IMG/VR virus record: IMGVR_UViG_3300009095_000040
Coordinates: 1-34,815 of that record
Source: a virus
Lineage: Duplodnaviria; Caudoviricetes
Strand: one strand, 5' to 3'
Length of the DNA stretch: 34,815 nucleotides
Both the position numbers and the translations under genes were made by a program. Below, one piece after another: positions 8,089 to 18,114 of this stretch; the stretch's first letter is position 1, and each line of letters starts with the position of its first letter. The notes beneath the pieces are model-generated. The model was not told where the DNA came from and ran no database searches. It was given only the letters and a program-made list of their open reading frames with translations.

Positions 8089-10400
8089 AGTCCGGTCGCT
8101 CCGCCTTGTGCTGGTAGCTGCCTTACGGTAGCGCGCAGCACGTCGGCGGGCAACCTCGAGAGAAGGTTGTCGGGCGTCCTGTACCTCTCGGCTCGCAGGC
8201 TGATTGTGACCCTGCCGCCTTGAGCGTAGGTGTAGATGATGGACCGGAGCGAGCCAGTGGGGCGGATTCTGGCGTTGATCTTGCCCGGGTAGATGACCAT
8301 ATCGCCCTCGAACTGGTCGTTGTACGTCTTGTAGATTCGCTCGTTCTCCGCGGTGATGATCGCTGAAATCACCGCTTCGTTGACGAACCTGCCCCGGGCG
8401 CCGACAGCCTGCGCTGCCGGGTTCTGCGTGGGCCTGTACTCCCCGAGCTCGTAGGGCGCGATGCCGTGAGTGAACCGCGCGTCCTCGAGCCTGATGCGGC
8501 GCTGGACGAGCGGGCCATTGCCGACGACTGCAACAACCGAGCCGTCCTGCTTCTTCATCGCCGGCGGGCTTCGCATTTCGCGGTACATGCGCCGCTTGTC
8601 ACGGTACAGGTCCGGCACGACCGACAGAACGAACGTGCACTCCCAATCGACTTTCAAGCCCGTGCCTGAGAACGACTCGCGGTCGTTGTAGCTGTAGTTG
8701 GTGTCCTGCCGGATGTAGTAGCCTTCGTCCGCTGCCTCGCCCGGCACGACCGACTTGACCGCGCCCGGCCGGTCGTAATCCTGCCCCCAATCAACGCGGA
8801 TGAGCCCGAGGTCCGCGTCCTCGATGGTGACCCGCGCGCCGCTGATCGGTACGTACTTCTGCCGGCGCACCCTGTTTCCCGTGCTCTGCTCGAGCTCCGT
8901 GAACGAGTCGAGTACGACGCCATCGGGCATTTCCTGCGGAAGCATCACGCTCGAGGGGACGAGCCACGAAACAGTCGAGAACACCGAGCTCGGCGCCCGC
9001 GTGCGCGTGACTTCGTCGAGCATATCCGCGTGCAGCGCCTCGAGCTCGCGAATCTGCTCGATCACGTACCTCGGAACCTCGAACAGTGTGCGGAAGTCCT
9101 TCTCGATGGCGTCCTTGACGATGGCGGCCGTCGGGTCAATCGCGTACTTCACAAGCCCTGCGGCCGCCGCCGATCCCTTCTGCATGAGCGCCGCGCCGGT
9201 GATCATGAACGCGTCGGCGCCGTAGTAGCGAAGCAGGTCATCCGTGGTGATCCCGGCCATGCCGTACAGCGTGCCGAAGCCCTCGAGTGCCTTGTCGATG
9301 CTGACGACTGTCCCTCGGGGGACCGGGTTGCCCTTCTCGTCCGTGGTCTGGCTGTCGATCACGGTGCGGGTGACGTTCCGAACGTAGACGATGCCGGCCT
9401 TCAACTGAGCCGCCGCATCGTCGAACGACGTCGCGACCGGGTCGCGCGTGGTGGCGCCGACTGACTGCTGCCGGAAGGTGAACAGCATTTCAATTCGCGG
9501 GGTGACAAGGTGCTCGATCGCTGCCGGCCGGATGGCCTTGTAGTCGATCAATCTCATGTCCCCGTCGAGCCGCCCCGTGATGCCATTTGGGAACAGCCGG
9601 TTGAAGTCCCGCTCGACAAGCGGCTCCGTGCGGTCGTAGATGACGATCTTGCCGTCCTCGTCGATGTAGAGGTCGTTTCCTTCGAACGCAAGCATCCGGT
9701 TGATAACCGCGTCGGCATCTTCCCCGTCGATCGCTTCGTTCTGCGGGATGTAGGCGCTCTTGTTGGCGCGCGAGGTGTCGACGTCCACGCCGTTGTAGCC
9801 AAGAAGGTCGGTCAGGATGTACTGGATGATCTCGAGCGCCGTCCATGGGGTGCCGTCATCCTTGAGGGTGCGCTCGCGGTACAGAATCTTGGCCTCTCGC
9901 AGAAGATTCTGCCGACTGGTCGGCAGCTGCTTGAAGATGAGCACGTCGTTCGACTTCCGCGTGTGGTTGAAGTCGCGGAACACCTTCACTCGGTTCCAGC
10001 GGTAGCGGTCATCCTCGAGCGTGATCGTTTGGTGCGCGTAGTCGCTGGGCAGGTTGAGCTGGACGTTGAGCTTCTTGAACTTGATGGTGTTCTGGCGCGA
10101 CGTGACGGTTTCGCCGGCCCCGCCGGTGATCTCGCCGATGATGTACTGCAGCGTCGCCTTGCCCTTTTCTGAGTTCTTGGCGTACCAATCTGCGAACCGG
10201 GGCGTCATGTTGATCGCCACGGATTGCGGCGACGTGCCGGACACGAAACCCCATGACAGACTGCCCTGAATCGGGAACGCCTTGCCGTTGAGCAGCAGCG
10301 CGTTGATGCCGGCCGCCTTGCTCATTTCAAGCGCGAGGTCACCGAGAACGGGAATCGGCGCGGGCTCCCTCGGTCCACCCTCTGCTTCAAGAGTCGGCAT
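8085..10400 (-). CDS. Putative tail tip / baseplate hub protein (771 aa)
   Basis: Position after the tape-measure candidate; hub-like segment (IIQYILTDLLG...DAVINRMLAFEGNDLYIDEDGKIVI). Confidence 0.6.
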   Translation of the reverse strand: MPTLEAEGGPREPAPIPVLGDLALEMSKAAGINALLLNGKAFPIQGSLSWGFVSGTSPQSVAINMTPRFADWYAKNSEKGKATLQYIIGEITGGAGETVTSRQNTIKFKKLNVQLNLPSDYAHQTITLEDDRYRWNRVKVFRDFNHTRKSNDVLIFKQLPTSRQNLLREAKILYRERTLKDDGTPWTALEIIQYILTDLLGYNGVDVDTSRANKSAYIPQNEAIDGEDADAVINRMLAFEGNDLYIDEDGKIVIYDRTEPLVERDFNRLFPNGITGRLDGDMRLIDYKAIRPAAIEHLVTPRIEMLFTFRQQSVGATTRDPVATSFDDAAAQLKAGIVYVRNVTRTVIDSQTTDEKGNPVPRGTVVSIDKALEGFGTLYGMAGITTDDLLRYYGADAFMITGAALMQKGSAAAAGLVKYAIDPTAAIVKDAIEKDFRTLFEVPRYVIEQIRELEALHADMLDEVTRTRAPSSVFSTVSWLVPSSVMLPQEMPDGVVLDSFTELEQSTGNRVRRQKYVPISGARVTIEDADLGLIRVDWGQDYDRPGAVKSVVPGEAADEGYYIRQDTNYSYNDRESFSGTGLKVDWECTFVLSVVPDLYRDKRRMYREMRSPPAMKKQDGSVVAVVGNGPLVQRRIRLEDARFTHGIAPYELGEYRPTQNPAAQAVGARGRFVNEAVISAIITAENERIYKTYNDQFEGDMVIYPGKINARIRPTGSLRSIIYTYAQGGRVTISLRAERYRTPDNLLSRLPADVLRATVRQLPAQGGATGL

Positions 10401-10403
10401 TGT

Positions 10404-11696
10404 CTACCCCGGTTGAGCCGGTTTCACCAACGTATTGTCGGGATCGTCCGGCGACGGAATGACAACATACCAATCCTTCGTGTAGTTTAGCGAGTACCTT
10501 TGCTCCTGAGTCCCGATCTGGTCACCGATGCCGATATCCGCGGTGCCGTGATTGGTGATGCCGCGCGACCGTACCCGCTGGGAAGGAATCAGGACCGCGC
10601 CGGCGATGCCGGCGATGCTGGGCGGTGGCGGATCGCCCGGGGCTGCCTGCGCGTACTCGGCAACGACTCGCTGCGTGAGCGTCATGATGGCGCCCGGTGA
10701 GAACGCAACCATCGTGAGCGGCTTCCCGTCGGTGATCTTCTCGACGCTGCCGTACACAAGCCTGTCGTCTACCGTCTCGTCGTAGGTGATGTACTGCGGC
10801 CCGTTGTCGCACCGGAACGTCCACGTCGCCCGGGCACTTTGGTTGGTGCTGCTGAAAGACTCGTCATCCGACTCGAGCACGACGCCGTCGCAACCGAACT
10901 GGTCCTTGAGTCGCTTGATCACCAGCGCCGCGATGCGTGTCTCGAGGTCGGCCCGCGAGGTGGCGAAACTCCGGTGGAACAGACACTCAAAACTGACCGT
11001 CACGAACTCGGCCGGAGTGTCGCTGTGGCCGCGGACAAGGTTGCGCCGGCGCGCGTGCGCCCACTTGCTGAACATGATGCCGGTGTCGAGTACCTCGCCG
11101 GCGCCTGAGTACGCGGTGACCGTTTCGAGACTCTCAACTTGGATGCTCTGGAAGCGCAGCTCGTTGTCGAATCGGTCATGCTCCGCGATTTCTCGCCTTG
11201 CCGGGAAGTAGGTGCCGCCACCGTACAGGCTGCGGACAGCCGACTCGAGCGTCGCGATGTTGGCGTCGAAATTGGCAAGCGCGCCAGAGCCGCCCGACGT
11301 GCCGGTGTACCGGCCCGAGAGCGTTATGGTCTTCATCCCCTGCTCGTCGGTGGTGAGGTCCGCTGTCCAGTCGCGAAGGCCATTGTCGCCGGCTTTGTCG
11401 TCTTTGAGGACCACTTCGACAACGAGCGTCAGGTACTGCCGGGCGCCGTCCGCGTCGAGCCCTCGCTTGCTGACCCGGCTGACGATGCGGGTCGCGCTGC
11501 CGGTCACCGAGTAGGTGATGCCGAACACCTGCAAGTCCTTGTCCGGCTTCTCGAGCGTGTTGAGCACTGAATCGAGCGAGCTGGCAAGAATCGAAAAGTT
11601 CGTGGTGAACCGGATTCTGACGTTGCCTTCGGTTTCGAACGTGATCTTGCCGTGTTGCGACGGCAGGGTGTACCCGTTGTAGATGACCGTCGCCAT
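10404..11696 (-). CDS. Putative distal tail / tail tip structural protein (430 aa)
   Basis: Beta-rich ORF directly after the tape-measure candidate; GGGAG SD. Confidence 0.55.
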   Translation of the reverse strand: MATVIYNGYTLPSQHGKITFETEGNVRIRFTTNFSILASSLDSVLNTLEKPDKDLQVFGITYSVTGSATRIVSRVSKRGLDADGARQYLTLVVEVVLKDDKAGDNGLRDWTADLTTDEQGMKTITLSGRYTGTSGGSGALANFDANIATLESAVRSLYGGGTYFPARREIAEHDRFDNELRFQSIQVESLETVTAYSGAGEVLDTGIMFSKWAHARRRNLVRGHSDTPAEFVTVSFECLFHRSFATSRADLETRIAALVIKRLKDQFGCDGVVLESDDESFSSTNQSARATWTFRCDNGPQYITYDETVDDRLVYGSVEKITDGKPLTMVAFSPGAIMTLTQRVVAEYAQAAPGDPPPPSIAGIAGAVLIPSQRVRSRGITNHGTADIGIGDQIGTQEQRYSLNYTKDWYVVIPSPDDPDNTLVKPAQPG

Positions 11697-11698
11697 GA

Positions 11699-12496
11699 TC
11701 AGCTCCCAACATCACCAAGCAGCGTGCGGCCGGCGGCTGCTGCGCCGCTCGCCCCAGCGCCGCGAAGCGCGGCCACGAGAATTGACGCGGCCTGCAGTTG
11801 CTTTTCTGCCGCCTCGTCCTGCTTCTCGGCCGCAAGCCCAAGCGCCTCGAGTAGCGGCCCGATGCCCGGGATGCGGTCGCCCACCTGACCGCCGATGCGC
11901 GCGACTTGGTCTGCCGCCTGCTCGAGTGCCGCGCCTGCGTCGACACCCTTCGACCGTGACGCAAGAATCTGCTGCAGCGCGACCGAGCCTTGCGCCCGCC
12001 GGCGTTCGATATCGGTGAGCGCGTTGATCTGCGTGCCGAGGCGCTCGTTCACCGCCTCGCGGATGCTCGCCGTGTCGGCGTTGGGCCCCTGAGCCAGCGC
12101 GATTGCTTCGGCCGCGGACTGCAGCTGCGTGAGCACCCGCTGAATCGTCTGTTGCTCGGTTTCGACCTGCGGCCCGAGTGCGCCCTTCACCGCCGCCGCG
12201 AGTGCCGGGCTGAGTGTGCCGGCGAGCCCCTCGAGTACCGCCGCCTGTTGTTCGGCCGCGGAAGTGCTCGCGTCGAACGCCGAACCGATTGAAGTCTCGA
12301 GGCTTTTCAGTGCGTCGGCGAACCGATTGAACAGCGCGGTTGCGGCGCCCGTGAGCAAGGCAGAACCGAGCCCACCACCACCACCGCCGCCGCCATGTTT
12401 CACGTCCCGGTCGCGCGTGAGCCGGTCAAGCTCGCTCGCGGCCTCGTCCTCGTTGACGATCCGAACGCGAAGATTGAGCTCGTCTATCTCGGCCAT
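11699..12496 (-). CDS. Short tape-measure-like protein (265 aa)
   Basis: N-terminus IDELNLRVRIVNEDEAASELDRL resembles TMP starts; Ala/Gly/Leu/Gln-rich helical sequence; syntenic position. Confidence 0.55.
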   Translation of the reverse strand: MAEIDELNLRVRIVNEDEAASELDRLTRDRDVKHGGGGGGGGLGSALLTGAATALFNRFADALKSLETSIGSAFDASTSAAEQQAAVLEGLAGTLSPALAAAVKGALGPQVETEQQTIQRVLTQLQSAAEAIALAQGPNADTASIREAVNERLGTQINALTDIERRRAQGSVALQQILASRSKGVDAGAALEQAADQVARIGGQVGDRIPGIGPLLEALGLAAEKQDEAAEKQLQAASILVAALRGAGASGAAAAGRTLLGDVGS

Positions 12497-12499
12497 GGA

Positions 12500-12940
12500 T
12501 TACCCCAACAGCGCCTTGTAGCGGGCCTCAAAGCTGTAAAGCCCGTCGCCTTCCGGCGTGAGCTCGTCGATTGACTCGAGGTAGAACGCGGCGCCGTAGA
12601 CGTCGCCAGCCCGGTACTCGTAGTTGTCGTTCAGGTACTCGGCAATCTGAGCGTAGTAGCCGCGCGGGCTGTCGGCCGACTGCTGGGTGACGCCGTCCAT
12701 GCCGCCGGAGTGGTCCCGGAGCATGATCTTGATTACGACGTCCTTGGTTCCGAGGTGCGGCTCCTCGCCGTCTGAGTTCTTCGCGCCGAATCTGACTTGC
12801 GCGTGCGGCGTTTCCTTGAAGTGCTTGGTATCGTCGATCAGCCCCGAGCCGGGCTCGGCGACGCGGAACAGCGGCTTGTTCTTGTACTGGAACGCCGTCA
12901 GGTCGGCGACGATCTTGTCAATCAACGAGGGTCCGGCCAC
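12500..12940 (-). CDS. Putative tail completion / terminator-like protein (146 aa)
   Basis: GTG start after AGGAG; size and alpha/beta pattern; located in the tail module. Confidence 0.45.
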   Translation of the reverse strand: MAGPSLIDKIVADLTAFQYKNKPLFRVAEPGSGLIDDTKHFKETPHAQVRFGAKNSDGEEPHLGTKDVVIKIMLRDHSGGMDGVTQQSADSPRGYYAQIAEYLNDNYEYRAGDVYGAAFYLESIDELTPEGDGLYSFEARYKALLG

Positions 12941-13367
12941 CGCTTACTCCTGAGAGGATTCGCCGCAAGAGTACGTCTTGCTGCTCCGAGGGCAACGCCT
13001 CGAGCGCGATGCGCTCGGCCTTCCCCTTCCCGCACAGGGTATCATGGATCAGCTTCGCGAGCTTGGCAATCCGCAAATCGTCGACCATCGTCCGCGAGTG
13101 AATCCACCACTTCTGCAGCAGTCGCCCGCCTTCGTAGCGCCCCCAGCGCCGCCACTCGTCGCCCGTGACGTCGATGCCGGCCTCGATGAGCTGCCGGAAG
13201 TGGCCCTCTACGAACGAGAACAGAGCCGCGGCGGCTGCCTGCGGCTCCATCCTGTCGAGTACTTCCGGGTTCTCGATGATGGCGCAAAGCAGAATGAGAA
13301 TCTGCTGTGCCGGCGGCCGTTGCTTGAGCCGCCTGTGCCGGCGCCATTCTCGGAATGCTGTGATCAT
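12918..13367 (-). CDS. Hypothetical protein, tail assembly chaperone candidate (149 aa)
   Basis: ATGA overlap immediately after the tail tube gene; helical. Confidence 0.5.
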   Translation of the reverse strand: MITAFREWRRHRRLKQRPPAQQILILLCAIIENPEVLDRMEPQAAAAALFSFVEGHFRQLIEAGIDVTGDEWRRWGRYEGGRLLQKWWIHSRTMVDDLRIAKLAKLIHDTLCGKGKAERIALEALPSEQQDVLLRRILSGVSGGRTLVD

Positions 13368-13936
13368 GGGTGCGTGATGCGTGTCGAGTCGCCGATGCCG
13401 AGCGTCCGGTAGGTTTCCTGCGCGCCACCAACAAGCGTGTCGTCAGGGTACAGCTGGAACTCGAGCGCGAGCTTGCGGATTCGGAGTGTGCCGAACTCGA
13501 TGATCCGCGAGGCGACAAGAACTGCCTTCATCGCGAGGATGTAGGGGTCCTTCGTCGGGTCGGTCGGCCTGAGCAGCAGGCGCTGGCCGTAGGACAGCAG
13601 ATCATCGCCCGGCGTGAGGTCGCCGGGGATTTCTACGCGGCCCGTTCCGGTGTCGTCAAACTGGCCCGGGAACGCGACCTCGAGGTTCTTCTCATTCCAC
13701 TGCCTGAGCACCGTCCGAAGCCGGATATCCTGCCCGGCAAAGAACGCGACGCCCGGCCCGCGCCCGCTCTCCTCGTTCGGGTCGAGGAAAGCCCACTCGC
13801 CGCGGTCGATCTCGATGCCCGAGTCCGTGAAACCGAGCGGGTACTCGTTGGCCGGCGTAACCGAGCCGTCGAGCGAGAGCGACTTCCAGATCAGCTCTCC
13901 CCGGGACGTTTTGATTTCAGACCGCGTGAACGCCAT
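13364..13936 (-). CDS. Major tail (tube) protein (190 aa)
   Basis: LGFTDSGIEI...G...IRLRTVLRQWNEKNLEVAFPG pattern typical of tube proteins; GGAGG SD. Confidence 0.65.
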   Translation of the reverse strand: MAFTRSEIKTSRGELIWKSLSLDGSVTPANEYPLGFTDSGIEIDRGEWAFLDPNEESGRGPGVAFFAGQDIRLRTVLRQWNEKNLEVAFPGQFDDTGTGRVEIPGDLTPGDDLLSYGQRLLLRPTDPTKDPYILAMKAVLVASRIIEFGTLRIRKLALEFQLYPDDTLVGGAQETYRTLGIGDSTRITHP

Positions 13937-13939
13937 GGA

Positions 13940-15511
13940 CTAGTCCTCCCAGCCGCTCGACGCAGCCGTGTCATGCGAAGGCACGAAACCGACGTGCCGC
14001 GCGAACATATCGCAGATATCACCGATGCTGGCGCCAGTGAGGTCCGCATCAACGACCGCGAGCCCGCCGCCGTTGTCAACTACCGTGACGACAACCGCGA
14101 TGGTGCCCTCGACCGGCTTGCGCTGCTTGATGGTGAGGTTGCCGGATGACGACTCGGCTTCGTAGTCCGGCCCCGTGGGGATGGCGTTGATCGCCGCGGC
14201 TGCAGCTGCAACTGTGGTGGCGAGGTCGGTGTCGAAGTCGATCGCCTCGCGGAGCAGCTCGACGCCGCCGACTAGGATGCTGGAAATCTGGTCGCCGGCG
14301 GCTCCACCGCTGAACGCCTGAACGCCAGAGGCAACTGTGAGCCGGCGCGTGTGGGTGTGCTTGTCGTTGAGCCCGGGCGCCGTGATGCCGGCGATGATAC
14401 CCGACGGCAAGCCGCCGACTGTCGGCAGGGTGTCACAGATCAAATCGTCGAGCCACAGGTTGCCACTGACTGAGCTGATCGTGATCGTGAGGATCGGCCG
14501 GCCGGTTTCGTCGAACGTCTCGCGCCACGCCGTCTCAGTGTCCGGGTCGACAACGTACTCGGTCCAGTCTACCGCGCCGACAATAACGAACGTGCCGGTG
14601 AGCGGGCTTGCGGCGCCTGCTGACGCGAGGCTCATCGTGAAGGTCGCGTTCGCGTCCGTCTTGGCTCGGATGCCGAGAACGTATGGCAGCACCTCGGACA
14701 GTGCGATTCCGTTCGCGACGAAATCAATGGTGATGGTGCAAGCCCCGGTGATCTTGAGACTTGCGGGATTGCCGCCGCGGTTCTCGGCGTACACCGTCCT
14801 GTCGAGCGCGACGTTCGCATCGCCGGCGGTGATGACGCAGCCCGGGATTTTGGTCGTGCCAGCGCCGCCTGACACGAAACTCTGGTCAAAGCTCGGGTTG
14901 CGGAAGAAGTTGGTGCGGCCCGGCCCGATGCTCGTGAGGCTCCCTTCACTGACACCGATGCCGGGACCGTCGAACTCGCTTACTTGGGAGCGGGCACTGC
15001 CCTTGACGTTCCAAACGTCTTGGCCAAGTAGGGCGAGGGATTGGGCGCGCGACTGCAGGGTGAATTCAAGGTTGTCGATGTTCGCCGACTCGTTCACCGT
15101 GCCGTCGGGCAGCTTTGAGTTGATCACCAGCGTCTGCGTGCCGGCGTTGCCTGCATCGTCGGCCGCGGCGTCGATGATTGTGCCGCGCTTCTTGAACGCG
15201 AGCCGAGGCGACTGGCGCCGCATGTAGAGGTCGAGGTCGAACGCGAGCTCGGCTACGCTCGAGGCTTCGCTGCGGATGGTTTCTCCGAACTCCTGCAGCA
15301 CCGAAACGAGTAGCGCCGCGAAGTCGTTTGCCGGCGCCTCGTAGGCGCCCGTGAACGAATTGGCAAGTGCCGGGACCGCGTCGTACTCGTCCTTCGTGAG
15401 CTTCGCGAGTTTGTCCGCCCGCTGCCGGATGAGGTCGTAGCATTGCGACGCCTGCTTGTAGACTTCCTTGGCGTTGCGAAGGTCCGCGAGTGCGTCGACA
15501 AGAGCGGTCAT
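13940..15511 (-). CDS. Virion structural protein (523 aa): helical N-terminus, probable carbohydrate-binding jelly roll, C-terminal decoration-type domain
   Basis: NFFRNPSFD...LWLDDL motifs typical of CBM-like folds; TTVAAAAAAINA motif; lies between the neck and tube genes. Confidence 0.6.
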   Translation of the reverse strand: MTALVDALADLRNAKEVYKQASQCYDLIRQRADKLAKLTKDEYDAVPALANSFTGAYEAPANDFAALLVSVLQEFGETIRSEASSVAELAFDLDLYMRRQSPRLAFKKRGTIIDAAADDAGNAGTQTLVINSKLPDGTVNESANIDNLEFTLQSRAQSLALLGQDVWNVKGSARSQVSEFDGPGIGVSEGSLTSIGPGRTNFFRNPSFDQSFVSGGAGTTKIPGCVITAGDANVALDRTVYAENRGGNPASLKITGACTITIDFVANGIALSEVLPYVLGIRAKTDANATFTMSLASAGAASPLTGTFVIVGAVDWTEYVVDPDTETAWRETFDETGRPILTITISSVSGNLWLDDLICDTLPTVGGLPSGIIAGITAPGLNDKHTHTRRLTVASGVQAFSGGAAGDQISSILVGGVELLREAIDFDTDLATTVAAAAAAINAIPTGPDYEAESSSGNLTIKQRKPVEGTIAVVVTVVDNGGGLAVVDADLTGASIGDICDMFARHVGFVPSHDTAASSGWED

Positions 15512-15514
15512 CTG

Positions 15515-16333
15515 CTATCTCCGATTCGGCTTGTAGGTAACCGGGCTTACCCTGCGGTTTCCATCTTGTTGCAGGTTGGCGTCGGCGTCAATCCACAGCC
15601 TAAGATTCGTCCAGTGCTCATGCCAGATTTCCGTGTACCGATCCGACACCGTCTTCGCGAACTCGTTCGACCCGATGAGCTTCTCGCAGGCTTCTTTCAG
15701 CAGCGTCCAGACCTGCAGCTCCTTGAGCTGTTCGGGCGCCGCGATGATCGCAAGCTGGTAGCGACCGAGCAAGTCGACCGTGAAAGGTGACGCCTCGACC
15801 GTGCCATCGGATGCGCGGACAAACGTGCCGCGGCCGGTATCCTGCGCGTCGCGGATGAGCCGCTCGTCGATCTTGATCTTCGCTTCCTCGAGTAGCGGTT
15901 GCAGCCGGCGCGGGCCAGCGAGCGCGTTCTTGATGACCTGCCAAACAAGCTGCTGGTTCTCGCCGGGAATCTTCTCGAGCACGTCATCCTCGTCTGCGTA
16001 GCTGATGATGACGTCGAATTTGCCGCTCCCGGTGTATCTCAGGTGGCCAGAGAGCCCCGAGCCGTTCGCCTCCCCGAGCGTGATGAGCGCGTTCTCGGCC
16101 CCGGTGCCCGTGAGGACAGCCTCGCCGGCGGTGAACGTTCCGTCCGTGTTGATGGAGCGGTACAGGGTGACCGTTGTGCCCGACACCTCGCCCCAGAGCC
16201 GGCCGTTGTGTGTTTTCTCGCCGAGCCTGACGCCCGGCCCGCACCACCCGGTGATATCGACGTTTCGAACGAGCACGTCGCCGCTGAGCTGGCGGTGCGA
16301 CACCTTCTCGATGTTCACGACTCCTGACGCCAT
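15515..16333 (-). CDS. Putative head-tail adaptor (272 aa, N-terminal beta-domain extension)
   Basis: C-terminal half begins YADEDDV and is helical like adaptor proteins; synteny. Confidence 0.5.
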   Translation of the reverse strand: MASGVVNIEKVSHRQLSGDVLVRNVDITGWCGPGVRLGEKTHNGRLWGEVSGTTVTLYRSINTDGTFTAGEAVLTGTGAENALITLGEANGSGLSGHLRYTGSGKFDVIISYADEDDVLEKIPGENQQLVWQVIKNALAGPRRLQPLLEEAKIKIDERLIRDAQDTGRGTFVRASDGTVEASPFTVDLLGRYQLAIIAAPEQLKELQVWTLLKEACEKLIGSNEFAKTVSDRYTEIWHEHWTNLRLWIDADANLQQDGNRRVSPVTYKPNRR

Positions 16334-16921
16334 TTACCCCGCCTTCCTTCTTACGCGTCGCCGCGGGTTGTTTCGCCCGACTGACTTCGCCTTTTGGATG
16401 AGCTGCTGCTTTGCCTTCTTGACCGCGCCCTTCTTGTCTACCTTCGTTTCCGCTTCGCGCAGAGCCTTCTGCAGCGCGTCGACGTGCCGCTTGTTGACGA
16501 TCAGGATGCCGGCGCCCTGCTGGGTGTAGCCCTTCTCGTAGTACTTCATGTACGGAACGAGCCGGTGGAACTTCGCGCGGTCTAGGATCACCGTCGCCCG
16601 GCCGTCCCTGTCGGCTGTCGGGCGCTGGTAGTTGATGTACCACAGTTTCGAGCGGTCAAGCGTGCGCTGGGTCTTGCCAAAAAGGTGGCCCTTGCGGTTT
16701 CCGAATGGCAGCGACTGGCGGGCCTTCCACCTTCGGTACGCTGCTGACCGCGGGGGCTTGAGCGGCCCGAGGTTGGTGCGCTCTGCGAGGAACGCCTGTG
16801 CGATATCGTCCTGCACAAGCTCGCGGATGAACGAGTCGATCAGCTTCTCGGTGATGCCGCTCCCGGGGCGGATGCCGCGGATGACAAGCGAGCGGAACGA
16901 CTGTTTCGTGACCGTCAACAT
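16334..16921 (-). CDS. Basic neck / virion morphogenesis protein (195 aa)
   Basis: PLKPPRSAAYRRWK...YMKYYEKG motifs resemble virion morphogenesis neck proteins; Arg/Lys-rich. Confidence 0.55.
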   Translation of the reverse strand: MLTVTKQSFRSLVIRGIRPGSGITEKLIDSFIRELVQDDIAQAFLAERTNLGPLKPPRSAAYRRWKARQSLPFGNRKGHLFGKTQRTLDRSKLWYINYQRPTADRDGRATVILDRAKFHRLVPYMKYYEKGYTQQGAGILIVNKRHVDALQKALREAETKVDKKGAVKKAKQQLIQKAKSVGRNNPRRRVRRKAG

Positions 16922-16949
16922 GCGGTCAGCTTACAGGGTGCGGCCGTGG

Positions 16950-17336
16950 TTAGCTAGATTCCCCGCCGCCTTCTTCGGGTTGCGGCTGCGGGTTGGGTGA
17001 GCTTGCGACTCGGCCAAGTTGGAGCTGGCCCCACAGTGCGATGTAAACGACGCCGGACACCGTGAAGTTCCACTCGTACCAGTACCAGCCGGGGCGCAGG
17101 TCCGCGGTGTCTGCTGGGTCTGTCTCGACTGATGCTTCGCCGTCGGTCGGTGAGTCGAGCGTGACGCCGTCGCCTACCGTTTTCTCGAAGATCGCCGCGC
17201 CGGATTGCTGCTTGTAGACCTTGAAGCTCGAGGTGGCGCCGGTGAGGTTGACTACGTCGCCGTTGGCCTTCTTGACGACGACTTCCTCGACGATGCTCTC
17301 GCCGGCCGGATAGTAGAGTGCGCGGGACTCGCTCAT
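16950..17336 (-). CDS. BppU-N-like Ig-fold structural protein (128 aa)
   Basis: Start MSESRALYY at 17336 (ATGA overlap); VNLTGAT...DGEASV...DTADL.PGWYWYE motif. Confidence 0.65.
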   Translation of the reverse strand: MSESRALYYPAGESIVEEVVVKKANGDVVNLTGATSSFKVYKQQSGAAIFEKTVGDGVTLDSPTDGEASVETDPADTADLRPGWYWYEWNFTVSGVVYIALWGQLQLGRVASSPNPQPQPEEGGGESS

Positions 17337-17602
17337 GCTACCCAAGTAAGGTTCGTCGCCGTGGTGCCGGTGGAATTGATGCGGCGTGCCGCGACAGGAA
17401 GCAGGGTGCCGGCCGGGACCGCCGTGAAGGTGGCCGTGGCGTCGTTCTTGAACACGACAACCACGTCGCCAGCGCCGCCGACGTAAATGCCGCGCGTCAG
17501 CACCGGAAGATCGACAGTGTCGCTCGGCGTGACAGCGCCGCCTTCGTTGGCGGGCGCCCATGCGTTGCGGCGGTTGTCTGAGTTCTCTCGAGGGTCGGTC
17601 AT
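17333..17602 (-). CDS. Head spike base / capsid decoration protein (RcGTA Rcc01079-like, 89 aa)
   Basis: AVTPSDTVDL...TRGIYVGGAGDV...F.AVPAGTLLPV...RINSTGTTAT signature. Confidence 0.75.
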   Translation of the reverse strand: MTDPRENSDNRRNAWAPANEGGAVTPSDTVDLPVLTRGIYVGGAGDVVVVFKNDATATFTAVPAGTLLPVAARRINSTGTTATNLTWVA

Positions 17603-17633
17603 GGCCGGCTCCTGCTACGTGAATGACTCGATG

Positions 17634-18044
17634 CTACTTGCCGCCGTGCTTGCGGTAAAGCGCCTCGATCTTTTTGATTCCGAGCGTCGGGTGGACTTTC
17701 TCGCCAGCCGCTTCGATGAACGCGACCATTTCCGACTTGCTGGGCCCGCTCTTGGCGTCCGGCGCTTCCTCGCGGCCGTCCGGGTCGGTTGCCGGCGGAG
17801 CTGCCGGCGCGGACTCGCCGTCGCCGGTGTCGGCCGGCGGTGTCGCGTCGCCGGAAACCGGCTGCGAGACGTCGCCGTTGGCCTCCGGTTGCTTCTTCGG
17901 TGCCGGGTTGGTGGTTTGTGTCGCCCGGGCCTTCGGTTCGCTGTAGCCGGCCGCGCGCCACGTTTTCTCGGCTTCGCTGCCGACGTTGACGATTACCTCG
18001 TTCTTGCCGTTCGTGAGTGTGACCGTTTTGATGACCTGCGCCAT
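17634..18044 (-). CDS. Hypothetical post-capsid protein with Pro/Ala/Asp linker and small C-terminal helical domain (136 aa)
   Basis: CAGGAG SD; typical position directly after the capsid gene. Confidence 0.75.
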   Translation of the reverse strand: MAQVIKTVTLTNGKNEVIVNVGSEAEKTWRAAGYSEPKARATQTTNPAPKKQPEANGDVSQPVSGDATPPADTGDGESAPAAPPATDPDGREEAPDAKSGPSKSEMVAFIEAAGEKVHPTLGIKKIEALYRKHGGK

Positions 18045-18057
18045 AACTTTCTCCTGT

Positions 18058-18093
18058 GAAATGAAAACCCGGCGGCAATGTAGCCCGCCGGGT
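18058..18093 (-). terminator. Rho-independent terminator after the major capsid gene
   Basis: 9-bp stem ACCCGGCGG/CCGCCGGGT (18067-18075/18085-18093) followed by TTTCATTT on the minus strand. Confidence 0.8.
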
Positions 18094-18114
18094 AGTTCAC
18101 TTCAAGAGCCTCGA

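Noticed and set aside
12918-13367. Programmed -1 frameshift of a tail assembly chaperone
   Set aside because: No X XXY YYZ slippery heptamer seen near the 3' end; the downstream ORF has its own AGGAG SD and GTG start
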